This document shows, piece by piece, positions 57,298 through 64,000 of a stretch of DNA of 64,000 nt. Under the pieces are notes generated by a model. It was not told the origin of the DNA, searched no databases, and saw only the letters and a program-made list of their open reading frames with translations. This DNA comes from Octopus vulgaris. Taxonomy: Eukaryota. The position numbers and the translations under genes are program-made. How positions within the stretch are numbered: position 1 is the stretch's first letter; every line of letters begins with the position of its first letter. The stretch lies in contig OX597818.1 of assembly GCA_951406725.2 (NCBI GenBank), positions 51,894,001-51,958,000 of the forward strand, read 5' to 3'.

Positions 57298-57837
57298 TCC
57301 TATTTTCCGGCATATAAGTCGACGGAATATATAGTATAAATTTATTCTTTTATTTATGCACCTTTTTCAAGCCAGGCTTATGGGCCCGGTTTCCCGGTTT
57401 CTATGGCGTATGTGTTCCCCCACACCACCAGCTGGACGGGACGCCAGTCCGTCGCAGCGTTACTCAAGAAACAGGAAGAAAGAGTGAGAGAAAGTTGGGG
57501 CGAAAGAGTACAACAGGGATCTCCCCCCCCCCCTGCCGGTGCCTCGTGGAACTTTAGGTGTTTTCACTCAATAAACACACACACAAAGCCCGGTCTGGGA
57601 ATCGAAACCGCGATCCTCCGACCGCGAGTGCGCTGCCCTAACTACTGGGCCATTGCACCTCCTATAGTATAAATACGTAGTGTAAATATTGAAATATTGT
57701 CACTATCTTTCCAAATCCTGTTGCATTTCACATAGAATTCTTGGTCCTCCAAAATCATTTTGGTGTTTAAGACGACCTACCATTTTGCCTTATAAATTTT
57801 GGTCTGAAAAATTCGACTTGTATGCCAGAAAATAGGG
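57298..57837. mobile_element. Tc1/pogo-like MITE interrupted by SINE family B (57342-57662, minus strand)
   Basis: TIRs TCCTATTTTCCGGCATATAAGTCGA / TCGACTTGTATGCCAGAAAATAGGG with TA flanks; the SINE has TSD TATAGTATAAAT. Confidence 0.75.
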
Positions 57838-58227
57838 TACATATAGAAGAGTACCAAGTGAGTTTGTCGCAAGACAGAGTCATATAAACATTTTTACAAG
57901 AAAACACGTCTCTCGTGCAAGTCATTGAGCGCGTGAATCAGGTGTAAGAAATGCAGAACATTGAAAGAGGAGCCTCTCCATGTCACTCGCAGGTTTGACC
58001 TAGAAAACAATACTGACCTAATAAATACTTCCACTTTTATAGGGAGCTGGTCACGAATAGGCAGCGACAGATTTATTACCGAAAATGAAAGAAAAGAAAG
58101 AAAGGAATAATAATTTTTTAGGAATGGTTAAAAAAAGGGATTGTTTATTTAAAAGTTTAAAGGAAGAAATCCCACAAAAATATATCTATATCTTTATTTA
58201 ATACCTATCTGTGTCTCTATCTATCTT

Positions 58228-58296
<69 letters not shown>

Positions 58297-59489
58297 TTAT
58301 TTATCTATCTATTTATCTTTCTTTCTTTCTTTCTCTATCTTCTTGCATGCATGTATGTATGTAAGTATGTATGTACGTATAAACATACATATGTTCGCTT
58401 TCATGCCAATGCATATGCAAAAACAAGTTAACAGTATATATTAACATTATGTATATATTTTATAAACTTTTACAATGAAAAAGTTTCCAGTGACTTCCAA
58501 GTTTACATACATACATACATACATGCATGCATGCATACATACATACATACATACATACATACATACATACATACATACATACATACATACATACATGCAT
58601 GTGTATGAAAAACTTAGGTGCGAAACTGTGGCTCAGAACATGCAGTTCATATGTATGTATGTATGTATGTATGCATGCGTGTATGTATGTACACACACAC
58701 TCACACACACACACAAACACACACACACACACACAATCACATGTGTAAATAAGTATATATGCACCTTCTAATCTGAGTGAGATTTATCTGCGATATTTAG
58801 CAGTTTATTAGACCGTATAGAATATCCCACGTTGCACATTTGGTGCGAGAAAGATATATATCTTGAACATACATTCTCCTTATATTTTCTTAAATTTGGT
58901 TATATAATATTCTATAGCAACATTTTCTAAAAGTTGATACCACACACACACAGAATGAGAGAGAAGGATATATAGAAATAGAGAAGAGAAGTTTGCCGGT
59001 ATAGAAAGAAATAATGGTAACGTGTTAATGCAGCGCAAAGTGAATATATACACAACCTCGTATAGGGTGTATAAATAATGGTGATCGAACAAAAGCCGCG
59101 TAATGTGGTGTGCCTTTATGAAGATTTGCCTTGGAAAGGAAGAACTGCGAATGATAAATGAGTTTTAACTTCGGAATGGAGGAAGTGCTATCTTTTTATC
59201 TGTTAATCGTTTCAGTCGCTTGTCTGAGGCCATGCTGGGGCACCGTTTCGAAGGGTTTAGTCGAAGAGTTCTTTTTATTTTCTATTTACCGTTTTTTGCC
59301 GAACGGAACCAACACTGGTTGTCCAAAAGGCGGTGGGCGACAAGCACAAACATAAACACGACGATATATACACGTTTACATACATACATACATACATACA
59401 TACACGCACACAAATATACATACATGCATACATACAAATATATGTACGTATTTACATACATACATACATAAGCATAAATATTTAATATG

Positions 59490-59982
59490 CAGTAATCCAT
59501 CGACTGGAGGCGCGTGGCTTAGTGGTTAGGATGTCAGCATCATGACCGTAAGATTGTGGTTTCGATTCCTGGACCGGGTGACCCGTTGTGTTCTTGAGCA
59601 AAACACTTCATTTCACTTTGCTCCAGTCCACTCAGCTGGCAAAAATGAATAACGCTGCGATGGACTGGCGTCCCATCCAGCTGCAGGAACACATAAGCCA
59701 TAGAAACCGGGAAACCGGGCCCATGAGCCTGGAAAGGCTTTAAAAAGGCGCAATTATTTATAATCCCTCGACTATCGCGGGTGTTATGTTCCAAAAAACA
59801 CCCCGTGATAGACGAAAATCCGCGAAGTAAAAACAGTATTTTACTGTATATTTTCTTTTATTATTTTCATAATTTGTATATATTTATTTTATTCTAAATG
59901 CAAAACAACACTACGGAGAAATCGACGTAAGCTTAAATAATAAACTGCGATAGGTGAACAGAGATATGGTGAGGCCTTACTG
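59490..59982. mobile_element. Tigger/pogo-like MITE with SINE family C (59506-59760) inserted in its left TIR
   Basis: CAGTAATCC(C)TCG...GAGGCCTTACTG-TA; SINE TSD TAATCC(A/C)TCGACT at 59493-59505 and 59761-59773. Confidence 0.75.
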
Positions 59983-60015
59983 TATAGACAAATAATATAT
60001 ATTTACATATGCATA

Positions 60016-60115
60016 NNNNNNNNNNNNNNNNNNNNNNNNNNNNNNNNNNNNNNNNNNNNNNNNNNNNNNNNNNNNNNNNNNNNNNNNNNNNNNNNNNNNN
60101 NNNNNNNNNNNNNNN
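60016..60115. other. Assembly gap (100 N)
   Basis: Run of N. Confidence 1.
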
Positions 60116-60147
60116 ATGCATATATATAGAATATGTATTTACATAAG

Positions 60148-60266
<119 letters not shown>

Positions 60267-60468
60267 GACCGCGTGTGTATCGTTGGCGATTTTCTTTCTC
60301 CGTTTTCTTTTCTTTTGACCTTTCCTTTTTCTATGTTTCTGACGACGAGCTCAGCTCGAAACGTTAAATCCTCCTTCTTTCTTTCCTTTCCTGAGCGTCC
60401 AATAACACTGTATTTGTTCAACGTCGTCGCGTTGTTGTGTTTTCTCTTTGTTCATCTTTGGATTAACT
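60267..60468 (+). mobile_element. Short (TA)n-embedded element with minimal hammerhead (60336-60368)
   Basis: TTT-CTGACGA-C-GAGC tca GCTC-GAAAC GTT-AAA: a loopless palindromic helix III (AACGTT), typical of Penelope-like minimal hammerheads. Confidence 0.65.
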
Positions 60469-60493
60469 ATATATATATATATATAAACACACA

Positions 60494-60647
<154 letters not shown>

Positions 60648-61062
60648 TTTCAGGAGCCGGTAAAACCAAGGTATTTAAATAACAAAGGCATCAAGGTAGA
60701 GTCAAGGATAGGATACCTGTGCACTAACAGTGTGTACGGCTACTGACGTACTTACTAAAGTGAGTACGGGTTAGTCCTTTCAGTTATGCATACATTCAAA
60801 AGTACTGACCGAGTACAAAACGTATACATGTGATGTCTCACAGGAGTACATTCCAGCACGTATTTCACGATGGACTTAATAGGTTCAAGATCCAACGCCA
60901 GCATCTCAGTTGTAACCCAGATGGAAAAGTCAATACGCATTTTGTGTGAAAAATTACAAATATTAAATTTTACTTTAAATTCATGTACACGATATGATTC
61001 TTCTCTTTTTCAGTAAAGAAAAGCTGAAATGAACCTCAACCTACACACACACACACACACAC

Positions 61063-61095
<33 letters not shown>

Positions 61096-61100
<5 letters not shown>

Positions 61101-61322
61101 CGGGGACCGGTTTTGGGGGGGTTACGCTGGGTTTCTCGCTCATAAGGGGTTTCACCCTACGGTGTATCTTCAAAACCCAAGCACTACTGGCCTAAAACCT
61201 CTTTAAAAAAAAATTTAAGCGGTCTTAGGCCAGCAGTGTTTGGGGTCTGAGGATACGCCGTGCGGTTAAACGCCTTATGTGCGAGAAACCCAGCGTAACC
61301 CAATAAACCGGCCCCCATTATA
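61096..61322. mobile_element. Hairpin MITE / fold-back element
   Basis: Imperfect ~105-bp inverted arms (GGGTTACGCTGGGTTTCTCGC / GCGAGAAACCCAGCGTAACCC) around an A/T spacer; TA-rich flanks. Confidence 0.8.
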
Positions 61323-61460
61323 ATATTAAACGCTTTACATCTTAGAGTGTGCTTTCACACCGGATACACATACATACATACATACATACATACATACATA
61401 CATACATACATACATACATACATACATACATACATACATACATACATACATACATACATA

Positions 61461-61515
<55 letters not shown>

Positions 61516-61959
61516 CCATGCTGACACACTGGCACATATAAACACTTATGTATGTATGTATGCATGTGTAGGTATGTTTTTATTTCATATATATGTACAT
61601 ATTCGTACTAATATAAGCATATAAACACATACAACGATTCCTCGATATACGCACACACACACACACACACATATGTATGTATGCATGTATGTATGCATGT
61701 ATGTATGTATGTATGTATGTATATAATATGAATATATTATAACACACACATCCACGCATGCACACACACACACACACACACATATCAAATGTCACATACC
61801 AGAGGTTTCAAATGAAGATAGAGCACAGTCAACGTTGGTGCCCCAGAATGGCCACAGCTTTGAAGCTGAAACAATTTAAAGATTTAAAGATTTATGTGCC
61901 GCAGCATGGCCGCGGCCTTCGGGCTAAAACATTTTTAAGGATTTTATATATATATATAC

Positions 61960-62048
<89 letters not shown>

Positions 62049-62051
<3 letters not shown>

Positions 62052-62274
62052 ATAAAACGGTAAGATAACAAAAGAAAGAAAGAGACCTCAATATTATGTA
62101 AATAGAGGAAATTTATCTATACAATATGTTACATTACTCGGTAGTCAAGATAAAACTCTGAGTTTCAGATGCCGAAGTGGAAATCCACAACACCATCTGA
62201 TGGTGTTGTGAATTTCCACTTCGGCATCTGAAACTCAGAGTTTTATCTTGACTACCGAGTAATGTAACATATTG

Positions 62275-62278
<4 letters not shown>
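62049..62278. mobile_element. Near-perfect palindrome with one-sided tail, carrying the 3' half of a hammerhead
   Basis: 80-bp arms 62118-62197 / 62199-62278 with a 1-nt centre and one mismatch; ~70-nt extra tail on the left; (TA)n on both sides. Confidence 0.8.
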
Positions 62279-62343
<65 letters not shown>

Positions 62344-62425
62344 ATACGTACATACATACATATGATGTACATTATTATAACATAAATATAACACAGACAG
62401 ACATGCATACACATACACACACACA

Positions 62426-62488
<63 letters not shown>

Positions 62489-62711
62489 GTGTGTCATAAT
62501 ATTGTGTTTAGGATAAGGTTGATAGATACAAAATAGTATACATGCAATATCTGCTAAGTGGAACATATTATATCCATGAAGAAGTGGATTTCGACTCATT
62601 TAATGCAGTATGTAAAATGCATGTGTAATTATAAGTATAAAGTGTGTGTTCACATATATGTATATATATATTTATACATACATACATATATGTACATGCA
62701 TATATATATTT

Positions 62712-62751
<40 letters not shown>

Positions 62752-62841
62752 GCATATACATATTTGTATATACGTGTGTATATATATACATATATGTGTG
62801 TATGTGTACAAAAAGAAATATATATTGCTACGTATATATTC

Positions 62842-62929
<88 letters not shown>

Positions 62930-63135
62930 AACATAATGCATATACACTATATGGTAATTTGCATTTAGAAATACATATACATATATATAAATATATTGTC
63001 ATTCACACGAATATATATGTATATATATGTGTATACTCACATATACACACATGCATTCAAACATTAACTCTTATATACATTTCGACATCAATCAATTTTT
63101 ATGCATTAATGGTCCTTCTTAACATTTCCAGTTAG

Positions 63136-63175
<40 letters not shown>

Positions 63176-63201
63176 GTAGTACTACTACTAACACCACCAC
63201 C

Positions 63202-63233
<32 letters not shown>

Positions 63234-63307
63234 CTACCCATGTATGTGTTTGTTTCAGAGTGAGTTATAGTACATATATGTATCCACGCATATGCGTGAG
63301 TACATAT

Positions 63308-63366
<59 letters not shown>

Positions 63367-64000
63367 TGTGTATGCGTGTGTGTGCGTCTGTGTGTATGTA
63401 TACAAATGTATTTGCATGCTATTATCTGTAGTTATTTTTGTGTGTGTGTGCTTGCTTCGAGATCCACTTTTCAATACATGCAATTGTTTCACGTTCTCTC
63501 GAAAGTTTATAAATTCTTATGACGTCAGCACACACAGCCTCTCTCTCTCTGTCTCTCTCCCTCCCTCCCTCCCTCTCTCTCTCTCTCATTCTCTCTCTCT
63601 CTCTATCTCTCTCTTACACACACATGCATGCGCGCCGCATTTCGTGTTTTGGTCAAATAACCGATTAAGTCGGCACCATTACTTCTTTAACTAGTTTTAT
63701 GAAACCCGGATCGGTGAAACAGGAAGTTGACCAAGCCAGGATCTGAACTCAAGAACGCATAACACGAGAGCTCTCAGACCTGTCTAGCAATCCACCGCTA
63801 CTATACACATCTCTGCCTCTCTCTCTCTCTCTCTTTCTCGTTCTTTCTTTCTTTCCTTCTGTCTCTATATGTATCTATCGATCGATGTATTTGTCTGTCC
63901 GTCTATCTAAAATATGTGTGTGTGCTTGTTTGTGTTTTTGTGTGTACATACATATATCTATAAATACATCTATACACGTATATACACACTCACGAACACA

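Overview
This is eukaryotic, AT-rich, extremely microsatellite-dense DNA. The (TA)n/(CA)n/(TACA)n/(GATA)n load and the tRNA-derived SINE repertoire point to a cephalopod, probably Octopus (inference). No intact protein-coding gene is visible, and almost all ORF-track entries are translations of simple repeats. Recognisable content: many SINE copies of several modular families; 3' fragments of RTE/BovB-like, R4/Dong-like (RLE) and L1/Tx1-like LINEs; degenerate Tc1/mariner transposase pieces; several MITEs, including a Merlin-like one with an 8-bp TSD; a 28S rRNA fragment; and a 100-N gap. The most interesting signal is a dispersed set of short, sequence-divergent non-coding elements inserted in or next to microsatellites, mostly (TA)n. 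They carry type I hammerhead ribozyme motifs (CUGAnGA...GAAA...UH) whose helices covary between copies, often with an extended helix II and a tiny or palindromic helix III. Several occur as fold-back duplications in which one arm has an extra 70-90 nt tail. This geometry fits Penelope-like pseudo-LTRs or retrozymes, and the inversion or truncation points cluster at the ribozyme. All folds were read by eye.
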